Program-made: the position numbers and the translations under genes
The notes under the pieces: model-generated
Seen by the model: the letters and a program-made list of their open reading frames with translations, nothing else
Told to the model about the DNA's origin: nothing
Database searches by the model: none
Source of the DNA: Stegostoma tigrinum
Lineage: Eukaryota
Reading direction: 5' to 3'
DNA length: 64,000 nucleotides
Assembly (NCBI RefSeq): GCF_030684315.1
Contig: NC_081386.1
Location: 3,295,914-3,359,913 of the forward strand
Shown: positions 35,905-48,999 of the stretch, in pieces
Position numbering within the stretch: position 1 is the stretch's first letter
Layout of the letters: each line of letters starts with the position of its first letter

Positions 35905-37950
35905 AGTTCACTACACGTAGTTCCTTGAAAGTAGTGTCACAGGTAGACAGGGTGGAAAAGAAGGCATTTGGCCCACTTGCCATCATTGCTCTGAGCATTG
36001 AGCACAAGAGTTGGGACTGCACATTATGGCTGTACGAAATCTTGGTAAGATCACATTTGGAGTATTGCATACAATTCCTGGTTGCCTTGATAGAAGAACA
36101 AATTTATTAAACTGAAAAGGGTTCAAAAGAGATTTTACAAGGATGTTGCTGAGGTTTACGTTATAACGAGAGGCTGGATAGGCTGGGAACTTCCTCCCTG
36201 AAACATAGGAGGCTGGGGTGGGGTGGGGTGACCTTCACTCATGATTTTATAAACCTCTAAGATGAATAGCCAAGGTCACTTCTTCCCCCCCTCCCCCAAC
36301 CTGGAGGGCATGAGAGGGAAAAGATGTACAAGGGCCCTGAAGGGCAAATTTTTCTTGGTGCATGTATGTGGAATGAAATGCCAGAAGAAGTGGTAGAGGG
36401 GAATAAAATTGCAACATTTTAAAATATATTTGTACAGGTATATTGATAGGAAAGATTTAGTGGGTTATGGACCAAATGCAGGCAGATGAAGCCAGTTCAG
36501 TTTAGGAAACCTGGTTGGCATGGCTGAGTTGGGCCAAAGAGTCTGACTGTGTTGTATAACTATAGGCAGGGCAGTATGATATGTCACTGGGAGATACTTG
36601 AATACCTTATTTATGAGGTCATAGCAAAGACATTTTGGTCAGGCAGTGTCTGTAGTTTTGGAACATAGTAACTTATGCTTGACAGACCTATTGGAGTTCT
36701 CTTTGAGGATATGAGAAGCTGAGCCTTTAAAATGGAGTCGTAGATGTCGCGTTCATTTGATATTCTGAAGAGTTACTACATAATGTAAATGTATATGTTG
36801 TTTTGGCTGATCTATTAGCATGTATTGAGGTCTGGCTAATAGGAAATAGTCAGGATAAATGGGCCATTTTCAATTTGGCAGACTTTAACTATTGGAATGT
36901 TAGAGAGACCTCCTACGAAGGCCTCCTCTAACTAGGGTCCATATAAAAATGACTTGGATGAACAGACTATCTTGCAGTCAGATCTCTGAAAGATACTTGA
37001 GTAAATAGGGAAGTAAGTTGCGAGGAGGCTACAAAGTGGCCAAAAGTGATATGAGTGACTTAGATGAAGGAGCTGAATGTGTCGTTGCTAAATTTGCCGA
37101 TGATATAAAGATATTGTTTTGAAGATATGAGTTAACAAAAGGATATCGACGGGTTAAATGGGACATAAGATGGGAAAATGTGAAGCTGTACATTTGTTGG
37201 AAAGAAGAGAAAGAAAAAACCCATTTAAATGGAGAGACCTTGCAGAACTCGGCAGTATATTTGAGTATCGTTGTATGAGAATCAAAGTGCCAATATGCAA
37301 ATTCCTCAATTAGGAAGGTAAATCAGTGCTGTGTTTATTGTTTTTTTTTAAAAAGTAGACTGTAAAAGTAGAAAAGTCATGTTATGGCTGTATAGGGCAT
37401 TGAGACCAATTGACCACTGTACATCTTGGTTAAAGAGGGATATGTTGGTGTTGGAAGCAGTTCAGAACACACTTAGTTAACTGGTTCCTGAAGTGAAGGA
37501 TTTGCCTTTATTATGAAATGTTGAGCAAGTTGGACTTTTACTTAGTTTAGAGAAAAGGGCGCTATCTGATTGAAAAGAATAATACACTGAAAAGACTTGA
37601 CTTTATAGATTCTAGGAGTATGCTTCCTCTCCTATAAAGGTATTTAGGACTAGGAGACAGATGTCCCATCTCACATGGAGCTTGGGAAGAATTTGTTATT
37701 CGTGGAATTCTCTCTTTTGAGAGAACAATGGAGACGAGAGCATTGAGCATATTCAGTGCTGAGTTAGATGGATGTTTGACAAAGGAGTGAAAGGTAATGG
37801 GGGGGTGGGGGGGGTGGGGGGGGTGCGGGTGGAGACAGGGAGGTGCTAAATGAAAATGGAATGAAGGCCACAACCAAATCAGCCATGATCTTGTTGAATT
37901 GCAGAGCAGGACCAAGGCACCCAAACTACCTACTACTACTCCTAATTCTT
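35905..37950 (+). mobile_element. Cluster of decayed CR1 RT 3' fragments
   Basis: QVDRVEKKAFG...LYEILVRSHLEYCIQF; KFADDIK; CR1 tails at ~36560 and ~37950. Confidence 0.7.
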
Positions 37951-38160
37951 AATTCTCGTGGAGCACTTAGCATGTCCCTGTGTACATTGTTAAATATTTG
38001 GTAAGAAACTTGAATAAAATGTAGGGAGGGAGAGAGGTGCTACAAACACAGTATAATCTTACAGTATCAGTGAAATAACAGTGAGTCACCTGTAAGTATT
38101 TGCTCTTTCAACTCCTAAATTTATAATGGATGCATGTTCTAACTCTGTTCTTGTTTCCAG

Positions 38161-38309
38161 GATTTGATTGCAGATGTGGAAATTTGTTCTGTGGATTACA
38201 TCGTTATTCTGATAAGCACAGTTGTCCTTATGATTACAAAGCTGACGCTGCTGAAAAAATAAGGAAAGAAAATCCTGTTGTAGTTGGAGAGAAGATCCAG
38301 AAAATTTGA
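38161..38309 (+). CDS. ZFAND6: ZFAND6 last coding exon (AN1 finger C-half to stop)
   Basis: ctgttcttgtttccag acceptor. Reads [49 protein letters not shown], then TGA at 38307-38309. The spliced CDS is 636 nt (211 aa). Confidence 0.97.
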
Positions 38310-38978
38310 ACTGCTACTTACATTAAATTTTTTCTTTTAAACCACGTGAACCTAATTAAACAGCGGAGAGGATAAGCTGAGCTTTGTAGTTCATTCTGGG
38401 AGTTTGAAGCATTGTACTTGCATAGAACTTTAAATCATGCATGCCACGAACAATAGAATTTGAGAACAGACTGAAGTTCTTTTTTTCTTTTAAATATTCT
38501 GTGTTTGAACAATTACTGCTTATTTAAGAACAAGTCCATTTGCAGCCATTTTAATCTTAGGTTAATTGTTGAGCTTTTTTTAAGTGTAGGTGTTCAAGGG
38601 CAGCAGTTTTTCATATTAAGCATGCATGTTTCAAATTCACCTTTTCTTCCTTTGTGTATGTGGCCTTTCTCAGTAGCACGATTTCTCTCAAGGCAGTGTC
38701 ACAAATGGGCCTATCAGTAACTGTACTCTAATCACTGCTTTGTTCCATTCATGAAAAGGCCCCATGTGTTACATCATAGCTTGTTTGCTGCTCCATCTCA
38801 TTGATAATTTATGTACATAAATATATATGGTTTATGAATTGTCCTGAATATGTCATCAATGCTGACTACAAGTTTGATAAGAAAATACAGTAAGGCTTAA
38901 CCCTAAGCATAAGTCAAACACAAGTTGGTAATAGTGCTGTATTTATGTTAGTTTATGCACTGTCTTAATCTTGATTTA

Positions 38979-38984
38979 AATAAA
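38979..38984 (+). terminator. Probable ZFAND6 polyadenylation signal
   Basis: AATAAA ~670 nt after the stop codon, at the end of an AU-rich, repeat-free 3' UTR. Confidence 0.55.
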
Positions 38985-39095
38985 GTTATAAAGGAAAACT
39001 ACTGATTGTTTGGAGAAACAAAAAAGAATATCTTTAGAGAGCTCCTATCTGTGCCTTGATATAAATATAAGACTTGTAATACAGAGTTTTTAAAT

Positions 39096-39551
39096 ATTGC
39101 TGAACGGAAGGACATATTGTTGAAGCTCTGCATTTTGTGCTCATCAGGGCAAACATAAATGAATGTCAATTTATGCTCCAGGTAAAAAGAATGTTGATTA
39201 GTTGGCAAGTCATTTCTGGTCACGTCATTGCCATAAAGAAAAACTGTAGGTTTCCCAAGCTAGTGTCCAATTCAAAAGCATATTCCCTTTCCCTGCATAC
39301 AAATGATTCTGATGCATAATGTATATTACTTACAGCAGGCATAAGTGAGTCATGTTACAAGCCTTGCCCAGTTTAAAATTACCTGGAAGCTTGGAGACCC
39401 TATTATTGGCTGAGAAAGCAATCAGAATCAACTTGTCAGTCAATCAACACACTTTTTTTTTCTCCTGCAGTATGAATTGCTGTGATTATTTGACATTCTT
39501 ACAATTGTCCTGATGAGACACAGCTTCGGCAGCATGTCCCTTCTCAGCAAT
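39096..39551. mobile_element. Old fold-back element with hammerhead-like (CTGATGAG) PLE-type termini, family 4
   Basis: 39096-39220 is an imperfect reverse complement of 39420-39551. Both arms contain cCTGATGAg...gcttc. Confidence 0.65.
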
Positions 39552-40867
39552 CTATGTATATGGAACTTTGGTTAAAGCATTCTCCTCTTGCACCCTGCCA
39601 TCCTCCATTTTGATGATGTTTTTAATTATTTTTGTGAGTAAGTTCATTGGTTATTAAACCCTACAGATTGGTTTCATATATGGAAACATATATATAGTTT
39701 CTTGACTTGTGTAACTAAGCTTTGCAAATGTGGACCAGTACATAATGCTACTGAACCAGCAATGAAATGTATTTCATGTGGATACATATTTAAAGAGGAT
39801 CGTATTTTGGAGTATTAATGTTAGTTACTCGAACAATAATCTTTTCCAATTCTCTTTTTGGTCTGGTGCTTATGTGGGGGATTTGGTTTAAGCTCTATGG
39901 TTTAACTCCTTAATTAATAACAGTGCATTTTATGGCTTGTTGATTCAAACAATTATGGGCAAAAATAGAGCCTCATGATGTTCCTCCTGGAAGTCTTGAC
40001 TTTGAGCCCTGGAGCACTTGGCTATGCCACATTCGTTTCCAGGGAACTAAATAAAAATATGAACTAAACATGTGCAATGTTAGAAAGAAGTAATGATGGT
40101 GGGAGTTTTTATTTCAGGTGATTGTGTTGATTTGAAGCTGCAACAGTGATTCAAAGTAAAACTATTTAAATAGCAAGTTGAAAGCAGCAGGTGCTTTTTT
40201 TTTACATTTTCCCACTGATACAATTCTAGGAATGCTGAGTAATGTTTAAACATGATCCTGTGGTCAGCAACCGCTGTCTGTCCTATAACACTGGAGCTTT
40301 AGATAAAGTGAGTTCACTGTATAACAGCTGAGCCCATTCTTGTTTGCTGCATCTGTGTACATTCTGCAGCTGGAGTAATAAGCAGGAAGCTCACCTCAAT
40401 TTTCCGTTCCTCCTTAAACTCTACTTCAGATTCTAGCATCTCCAGAAATAATGTTGAATGAGATGGGGACAAATAGCAGTTCTGCCAATGCCACCAGAAG
40501 CAAAATCTTTAGAACCAAATACTTTTTGAAGTACAGGTGTATTGTATCATGGTAGTAGCCTGTGAAACAACACAATGGCAACAAGGCTTTTGCTATTTTC
40601 TAGAAAAGTATCAAATTATTAGATTATTCTAAAATTTTACTTCAGCGTAGGGAATAGAGTCTCAAATCAGTAGAACAACATTGTGATTTATGATCTCTCG
40701 CCATTTATTTATAATACATGACTACAAATCCAGCTGTGAAAGCATTTTGTCTGCATGTTTGCTTTACTGGCAGCAAATTTAAATGCACTCTGAGTTCAGG
40801 TTCTCAAAACTTCCTTGAAACCGGTTCTGTTTTGATTGGCATTCCAGTCTGACAGGACCCTTTTATC

Positions 40868-41862
40868 CAATCACATCACATCTGATGTGACACTGAAGCA
40901 TTACGTCAAACTTGTGCTAATGTCATTGATGTGAAGCTGATATTAACATAATGTTTCCACAGTAATAGCATAACCCAACAACAAACAATTTCTCAAATTA
41001 TACTTTTTGTTTTAGATTTATTTTCAGACCTCCTAAATGGTGCTTCCACATAACAAGTACATTTCATGGGAATTAACATGTTTTGTTTCACTTTATCATT
41101 AATCAGAATATCTTAAGTCTTTCTTTTGTCTACATAACTATCTTTCATACTTAATCGAATGTATCTGATCACTCTGCAGTCAGTTTCAATTAGAAGGCAA
41201 GCATGTGTGATTATGTATTTTGTAAAATTTCACTTTCCAAAAATGTGACTATGATTTCTGTATTATATTTTTATATGACTGTAGATAGCCAAGGTTAATG
41301 TATTTTAGGAATTATTATTAAGGTCACAGTCTTCCTACTAAATTTGAAATTGCAGACCAGAGTCCAGCTGCTTATGTACAGAAGCTAGGTTTTAGCAGCT
41401 AATCAAAGTATTGCTCGTTTCAAAGAGCATTAAGTATCTGCCAACATTTGGAGTTGACATTTCAGTTAAGGAATTTTTTCAATTCCTGGCAAAATATAAA
41501 AATTTACTGACATAATTTCCTCAAAGTATCTTCCATCAGCATCCTTAAAGCAAATTTTAAGAGTATTAAACGTAAGTTGACCATCCAGTTTGGGATTGGT
41601 TGAGATTGACTGTCGACATGCTGTTTACAAGAACTTGCTAATGGTTGATATTGGTGGATCAATGAGAAAAATCAGTTATGTTGAACGTTGTCTTGAGCTG
41701 AGTTGGTGAATGATTGTCCATTTCCAATAACAGATACTCTGAAAGCTACTGGAGCAAACACAATCACATCACATCTGATGTGATACTGAAGCATTACATC
41801 AAACTTGTGCTAATGTCATTGATGTGAAGCTGATATTAACATAATGTTTCCACAGTAATAGC
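40868..41862 (+). repeat. 102-bp direct repeat pair flanking 791 bp
   Basis: 40868-40969 and 41761-41862 are identical except for 2 transitions. Confidence 0.95.
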
Positions 41863-42739
41863 TGGATTGCAGTAATAGCAAGGATTTGGGCTTTGCAAGC
41901 ATTTTTGCGTAAGACAAATATTGTACTAGTTTCTTGCTGTGTCTTTCTGCTTCTGTATAATACTTGTAAATAAATTTTGATTTTAGTTTTAGTCTTCCTT
42001 TTGGTCTGGTATGGTGGACTTACTGACATTGACATTGAAATTGACAGTAATGCATTCTGTCCCACATGGTCTCCAGTATCCAAAGTCAGTTGGGACTTAG
42101 GAGTAAGTTTTGTAGTGTGCCACTTCACTTCTACCGAAAACATGCAGATTTTCCTAAGATGACTTGTGGAATTTGCTATTTTACTGTAATGAAATTCAAA
42201 CCAATTTTTTTTTTCTGTAGCATGTAGATGTAGAGATTTTAAAAGCAGAGTACATCTTATCTCTGACCTGTCAAACGTACCCTCAACCAGCATTATTTGG
42301 TTTAGATATTGTTTCCAAACAGACTTAGTTGCTGTTTGTTACATCTTGTGCATAAATTGGCTGCTGCAGTGCCTACCATTACAGTGACTGCATTTCAAAT
42401 GTATTTATTTGTAAAGTGCTTTGGGGTATCTTTTTGAAAGATGCTAAATAAATGCAGAACTTACTTCACTGTTTGGTTTCTCAATTAACTTCACACTATT
42501 TGCAGCTTATGCTTCCAAAGTATAAATTACATAATATCACTGCCAGAAGGGCAGCAAAAGTACGAGTGTTTGGATCCCTGATTACTACTTTGTTCAGCAC
42601 TTGCTATCATACAAGACAATTCCACAGATTTGGCTGGTTTTATGACAAGCATAGATGCAAAGTGCAGGACTCTACTTCGAAGAACTGTCTGGCTGCCAGG
42701 AAAGAAATGTAAACTTAAAAAGGCAAATCTCTACCCATA

Positions 42740-43058
42740 GGGGCAGCATGGTGGCTCAGTGGTTAGCACTGCAGCCTCACAGCTCCAGGGACTCTGGTTC
42801 GATTCCAGCCCTGGGTAACTGTCTGTGTGGAGTTTGCACATTCTCTCCATGACTGTGTGGGTTTCCTCCAGGTGTGCCGGTTTCCTCCCACAGTCCAAAG
42901 ATGTGCAGGCTAGGTGGATTGGTCATGCTAAATTGCCCATAGTGTTCAGGGGTGTGTGGGTTATAGGGGGATGGGTCTGGGTTGTATGCTTCAAGGGGCG
43001 GTGTGGACTTCCTGGGGCCGAAGGGCCTGTTTCCACACTGTAGGGAATCTAATCTAAT
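42740..43058 (+). mobile_element. Full-length HE1-type SINE
   Basis: A box, B box ggttcgattcc, V-domain-like body, tail gaatctaatctaat. Confidence 0.9.
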
Positions 43059-44177
43059 ATCTTAATCTGCTGCAAGTCCTGTTAGCATGTAATATGCAGC
43101 ATTCCTGTGAAGTATCTTGGTGTTTTATGTTCAAGGCACTATGAACTCCAGTTGTAGGTTGAAGTTTTCAGTATGGCATGGATATAATGGACTGATTCTG
43201 GTATAAATGCTGTGTTACCATCCGTAATAATAGTGTTATAATCTTACTGGAATAGTTATTCAATAGCCTGATCAAGGGCTCTAGAAGTAGGAATTAAAAT
43301 GGTACAGGAGCAGGTGAATGAATTTAATAATTAGGAAAACCTGGATTGTTTGAATTAAAAAGTTTATTAATCCAGTTTGGCCCCCAGCAATGTGTCTGGC
43401 TTTGAAATGTCCTAGCAAGCAACTTGGTTATGTTTTTCTCCAGCTACACTGCATTATACATGACAAATGTCCATTACTTGCCATGATTTTTATTGAAAAT
43501 GTATGAATAAAATTCATGCAGTTGCCAATGACCTTTTTAAAAGGACAAAAAGTTTAAAAACCAAAGAACTGCAGATGTAAATCAGGAGCAAAAACAAACT
43601 TGCTGGAAAAGCTGAGCAGGTCTGGCAGCATCTATGATGGGGGAGAAAAAAAAACAATTAATGTTTCTGGTCCGGTGACCCTCAGAACTGATGGTGGCTG
43701 GGACGCCTTCCCATTTGAATCTTCCCTTGCAATAACCCCTCCCTTTTAAGTGCTTGTCTAGCTTGTTCTGAATGTTGCTACTACTCATTTCAACAACTCC
43801 CTGTGTGGTAGGTAGTTCCAAATTCTCACTATCTTTGTAGAAGTAATTTGGTATGAATAGAAATTCTGTCCTGAATACACAGGTGAGAGAGAGGACTACC
43901 AAAATGTATTGAGCACTTGCATGTGGAATCTCTGGAGTGGAAAAAGCATTCCAACATGTGACTAACTGGTAGAATGATGACTTTAATGATATATTGTACT
44001 GACATTTGTCATGCGTAATTGAACCTATAAAAGACACCATAAACTGAAGGCCTGGGGATCTCTAATCTTACTGATGCTGATGTAAGTAGTCAAAGATGAC
44101 ACTTGTGACCTGTGCTTGTTATAATTGATGTCAGTCTGTCATGCACACCATGTAGGGAACCATCTTATTATGAGCAA

Positions 44178-44434
44178 AAGAACTGTGAATGCTGGAAATC
44201 AAACAAAAATAGAAATTGCTGGAAAAGTTCACCAGGCCTGGTAGCATCTGTGTAAAGTGAAGATCAGTTTTGAAGAAGGGTCACTGAACCTGAAACATTC
44301 GGTGTTGAGAAATCATGGTTAGATTTCTCTTAAACAGAATGTATCTGGTTCAGTAACTCTCCTTCAGAACTCTGATTTCTTTACATAGATGCTGCCAGGC
44401 CTGCTGAGCTTTTCCAGCAATTTCCATTTTTTGT
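44178..44434. mobile_element. Miniature fold-back PLE family-3 termini
   Basis: gaaattgctggaaaagttcaccaggcctggtagcatctg is inverted relative to agatgctgccaggcctgctgagcttttccagcaatttc. Confidence 0.75.
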
Positions 44435-44611
44435 CTTATTTGATCAGTAAATCAAGATAATGAGTCCCTAGTCTTCAAGTTTTGAAGACAAAGAAAGTAT
44501 GGAAGTAAACCATACCTTTTTATGAAAGGTCAGAAGAGGTAAATAATAATGATATCTTGCATAGACAGGTTACAATGCAGTAGGAAGAGCTTTATTTTCT
44601 ATATTTGTTCA

Positions 44612-44943
44612 TAGGCAGCATTTATTGCCCATTCCTGATTGCCCAAAGAGCAGTTAAGAGTCAACCACATTGCTGTAGGTCTGGAGTCACATGTAGGCCA
44701 GACTAGATAAAGATGGCAGTTTCCTTCCCTAAAGGACATCAATGAACCAGGTGGGTGTTTTCCCAATCCAATTGGCAACAGATTCATGGTCACTGATTTT
44801 TTTTTTCTCTCGCGCTCTCTCTCCCTCTCCATTCAAATTCCTCCATCTGCTGTGGCAGGATTCAAACTGGAGTCACCAGAACATTACCTGGATCTCTGTA
44901 ATAACAGTCCAATAATAATAATACCAGTAAGCCATTGCCTCCC
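44612..44943 (-). mobile_element. Second tRNA-derived SINE family
   Basis: Reverse complement of 58876-59220; 3' tail gggcaataaatgctg. Confidence 0.8.
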
Positions 44944-45423
44944 TGAACTCTAAATCCTGCCACAGTAGCCACTTCCTCAGCTGACAGTCCAGTGTGGTAC
45001 TGCAGGCATGCTATGTTGTTGCCAATGTTTTCTTCTGCCTGCTCAAGTTAAAAATTCCATGGCACTATTTGAAAACAGTAGATTTTCTGGGTACAAATCA
45101 GTTGCCAGATTTGTGAAAATAATTATTAATGCATTTCAGAGGTACTTTGTTGACAGTAAACTACTTTTGAGAGTATCTGAGGATATGAAAGGCATTACGT
45201 AAATGGAACTTTCAAATACCCTTCCTGTACTTTTCCTCATGTTGTCTATCTTTTAATTTTCGCCCCACTTGTCCTTTTGCTTCCAGTTCTCTCTTTCCTA
45301 CCCTACTTTTTCCCTTTCCTTTTTATTTTACTTGTCACCCTCTGACGTAGTGGTAGTCTAGGTAAGGGAAGATAGGGGTGAAGAAGTGATGTTTGCTGGA
45401 AGTACTGAATTTTCTTGGTCAGT

Positions 45424-45688
45424 GAGGCAAGGTGATGACCTAGTGGTATTATTGCTAGACCATTAATCCAAAGACCCAGATAATGTTCTGGGCTCCTGGG
45501 TTTGAATCCTGCCATGGTAGCTAGTGGAATTTGAATTCAATAAATATCTGGAGTTGAGAGTCTGATGATGACCATGAATCTATTGCTGATTGTCAGGAAA
45601 AAACCCATCCAGTTCACTAAGTCTTATTAAGGGAAGGAAGCTGCTATACTTATTTTGTCTGGCCTACATGTGACTCCATACCCACAGA
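45424..45688 (+). mobile_element. Second SINE family, 3'-truncated
   Basis: tgacctagtggtattattgctagaccattaatcc...gggtttgaatcctgcc. Confidence 0.78.
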
Positions 45689-46219
45689 ACAAAATTGATG
45701 TAATAATATCGAGAGGATTTCGGACTCAGTGCTGTAGACATGGTTAAACATGATGCTCAAGGATGGAAGAAGCGTTGTGGGGGAAAAGAAACTTAAAGGC
45801 AAAATAATTTTCCAAGACTCTGGTTTATCTATGGATGTAATGTCATGTTTTTATCAGCTGTGAGGACCCTCAATTTTCACCCAGTGTATGTTTTTTGTAT
45901 TTTTTTTAATGCCTATAGCTAGTAAGGCCTTGGTAGCTACCATCAAAATCTTTGGACAGAGTGTACCAAGCAAAATAGGTTTTGCTATTGTTCTGTAATT
46001 TCCCATAGTTGTACTACGGTTAACTCACCTGACCAGCTGTTGAAAGTAAGGATACATTGGAAGTTTTAAAACTGAGTTCACTGGATATTTGTCAGCTATG
46101 GCAGGTAAGATACAGATCATTCATGAATTGAAAATCGGGACAGACTCGGCTGAATGGTTTGTACTAGCTTGAGATACTGCAGTGGTCTGTTTTCATATTC
46201 AATAAGACTTGGATAACAG

Positions 46220-46935
46220 GCAGACTTGGGCTGATAAGTGGCCTTTGCCAACACTGCTCATCTTTAATAGAAAATATAATCCTATCTTTCTTGCATTCAG
46301 TTGCATTTTCATCACTGAAACTTCCACCATTAACTACCTTGCTGTCATTTATTGACCAAAAGCTGGATCAGCTGTATAAATAATATGGCTGCACTTCACC
46401 GGATGATTGCTGTCTAATACTGGTCAAAAAGCTCAACCATCATTTAGTCAAAGCAACTCATTTGACTGCTGGTTGGTGGGTTGCCAATGAAGCGAACTGC
46501 TGTGCATGGTGAAGGAAAATTAGATGGAACATCATCGTATACCATCTATGTGCAAGATGCACTGTGACAAATTGCCAATGCTCCTTAGCACCTTCCAAGT
46601 GCTAGACAATTGTTGCTTTGAACAACGGCAGCATTTACATTGAAACACAATTAGCTGTAAATTCTCCAAGTCATATACCAAGTGAGTTAATGACAAAAGC
46701 GGCCAGAATGGCTAAACCAGTTCCTGCACTGCATCCATGATGTGGAAATATATTTTACTCCTTTACTGTCTGAGTCAAGATGCTGGAACTTGCAGACTAG
46801 GACCGTGAGCACATCTATGCCACATTTGCTGTAGCAGTTCAAGAAGGTAGCTCACAATGATCTCTTGGGCAATTTAGGAATGGGTAACAAATGCTTCCAT
46901 TTAAGTGATTCCTATAGCCCCTGAGTAAAATAAAG
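46220..46935 (+). mobile_element. Decayed CR1/L2-group LINE (second family) 3' end
   Basis: Degenerate match to the 63100-63790 and 52005-52685 copies. Confidence 0.6.
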
Positions 46936-47024
46936 CAGATCTTATTCTGTAATGTGTTTCGGTATCCCTGCTGGCTTTCCTTTCCCTAGGATGTCAACTG
47001 TACCTTTTTTTGATGGAAAATAAA

Positions 47025-47195
47025 AACCAAGAGTTGTGGTCCTTGTAAATGTAAATCAAAAACAGAAGTTGCTGGAAAAGCTCAGCAAGTCTGGGAGCAT
47101 CTGTGAAGAAGAGTCAGAATTGAAACATTTGACTCTGATTTCTCTTCACAGATGTTGCCAGAGCTGCTGAGCTTTTCCAGTAGCTTCTGTTTTTT
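47025..47195. mobile_element. Miniature fold-back PLE family-3 termini
   Basis: acagaagttgctggaaaagctcagcaagtctgggagcatctgtgaaga is inverted relative to tcttcacagatgttgccagagctgctgagcttttccagtagcttctgt. Confidence 0.8.
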
Positions 47196-47749
47196 TTTGT
47201 CACCTTTTTTGAAATCCTCTGAGAAAGGCTGACCAACTTAAGGAACAAGTGCACCTCTGTCAAAAACCCTTTAAATGACAACTTGGATTTAGCAGTTTGC
47301 CATAAGTGAGTCTGCTATGTGACAGAGCTTATGGGAATACACTTTTTGATAGGGCATGATGTGTGTCTAAGACAGCAGCAGAATGGTAACAACACACTCA
47401 GATGTGTGACTGATTGCAATATATGTGGAAAAAGCATGTCAAAATTAAACTCGTAACTAAGGTCAGAGATCTTCGATGATAAACGAACTACTTCCTGTCT
47501 TTTGGTTAACCCATGTTCTCTTTCGATTTTGTAATGTTCCACAGGGATTGATTAAAGATCATTGTTAGTTGCCATTGTTAGAATTGTAGTGAAATGGACT
47601 ATCGTTAGTCAAAGTTCATCATTTGACTTTCGTGGACTAAAAGGCTTTTAAAAAGGACATTGCTATGTCAAAGTGGCTGCTGTAACCATCAGATAAGCCC
47701 ATGTAACCCAGATGTAACATGCAAAACTAGCTACAGTAGAGTTACAATG

Positions 47750-48225
47750 GTAATTAAGAGGCAAATTTCAACTGCGCCTAGAGGACCATCAACTCCATGA
47801 AAGACGCACTTAGCACAAACTTGCTGGTCTTCCAGTGTAAAGAGTTGCCTTCAACTAAATGTTTCGGACTGGCACGTTCCAATATCCAGGCCTGTGTGCC
47901 AAGGGACATACTAAGGCTTTGGGCAGCTGCTGACAAAGTGCAGTGGGGAAAGACCATCCTCTAAGCCTTTCTGCCAAAGTACAAGGGTGATCAGCTCAGT
48001 TATCAGATACTATCTTCACCCCCCAATGCAAATGTTTAATTCCTGCATGAATTTAAAAATATCCTTGTTATTGTAACTGCAGGGTAGCTCTGTAGGATGT
48101 AAGATTCCAATGTATCATTTGTGTTTCTATTCCCTGATAGAAAAATTCTACAGAACAGCATGAGAAACGTCTTGTACTACTTATAGATGGTTCTTTTATG
48201 AACATTGTAAATTTTTGAAATAAAG
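47750..48225 (+). mobile_element. Tx1/L1-clade LINE 3' end
   Basis: Degenerate NCA.RTINSMKDAL..NLLVFQCKEL..C..LARS.IQ..V.RDILRLWAAADKVQWGKT* C-terminus, then a 3' UTR ending in aataaa. Confidence 0.7.
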
Positions 48226-48999
48226 AAGTCTCTTGTTCTTTCTCAAGCTCAAAAATTAGCTGCAGGACAGGATACTGCAGCTTTGCAATTACAGAGGAAA
48301 CAAGCACCCTTTTGTAAATGATGTGAAACCCACCCACAACCTCCCGGTCTTTACAGTCCTCTATCACTGAGGCCTTAGATAACAGTACATGGCAGAATCT
48401 GGACAAATTTCTCTCTCTGGGTGAGCTAGAGTCTGTTTCTGGCTAGTAGCATGTGTGAATCTATCTACAAATGGAAAGGGGACAGGGAGAAAATTAAGAA
48501 TTGGTGACCAATCTCACCGTTAAATATTGAATACAAGTATTTGTCCAAGGCCATCACTCACCCTGACCAGACTGTGTGTAAATCTGGGGATGTTCTATGC
48601 AGTTTTAGTCTCGTCGCCTTATGAAGGATGTGCTGGTCACAGAAACAGTGCAAATTAGGTTTACCGGACTGATTCCAGGGGTGGCAGAACTGACACATGA
48701 AATGGGATTGTATTGGTTTGGACAATATTCACTGAGGTTTTGAAGAATGTGGGGGATCACATATAGATCTATAAAGTTCTATTTAAGACTAAGATGAGGA
48801 GAAATGTCGTCTTCAGAGAGTGGAGAGTCTGTGGAATTGTCTGTCGTGATAAACGGTTGAGACCAAAACATTGAATGTTTTCAAGATGGAGATATCATTC
48901 TTGGGGCTTAAGGGATCAAAGGATTTGGAGGAAAATGGGAACAGGGTGCTGAGTTGAATGATCTGTGATTGTATTAAATGACTGAACAGGCTCAAAAGG

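Noticed and set aside
40882-40940. C/D snoRNA-like arrangement TGATGT..CTGA..TGATGT..CTGA in the 102-bp repeat
   Set aside because: The C boxes are imperfect, only ~4 nt separate the boxes (no room for guides), and the site is not intronic.
41799-42293. 164-aa minus-strand ORF
   Set aside because: No domain-like features or splice support; AT-rich composition consistent with a chance ORF.
48068-48406. Minus-strand ORF with a vague BCL2-family look (ELEKEQ...FF.G...HW), tempting because BCL2A1 neighbours ZFAND6 in human
   Set aside because: It has no NWGR motif, overlaps the antisense of a Tx1 LINE 3' UTR, and lies on the wrong side of ZFAND6.
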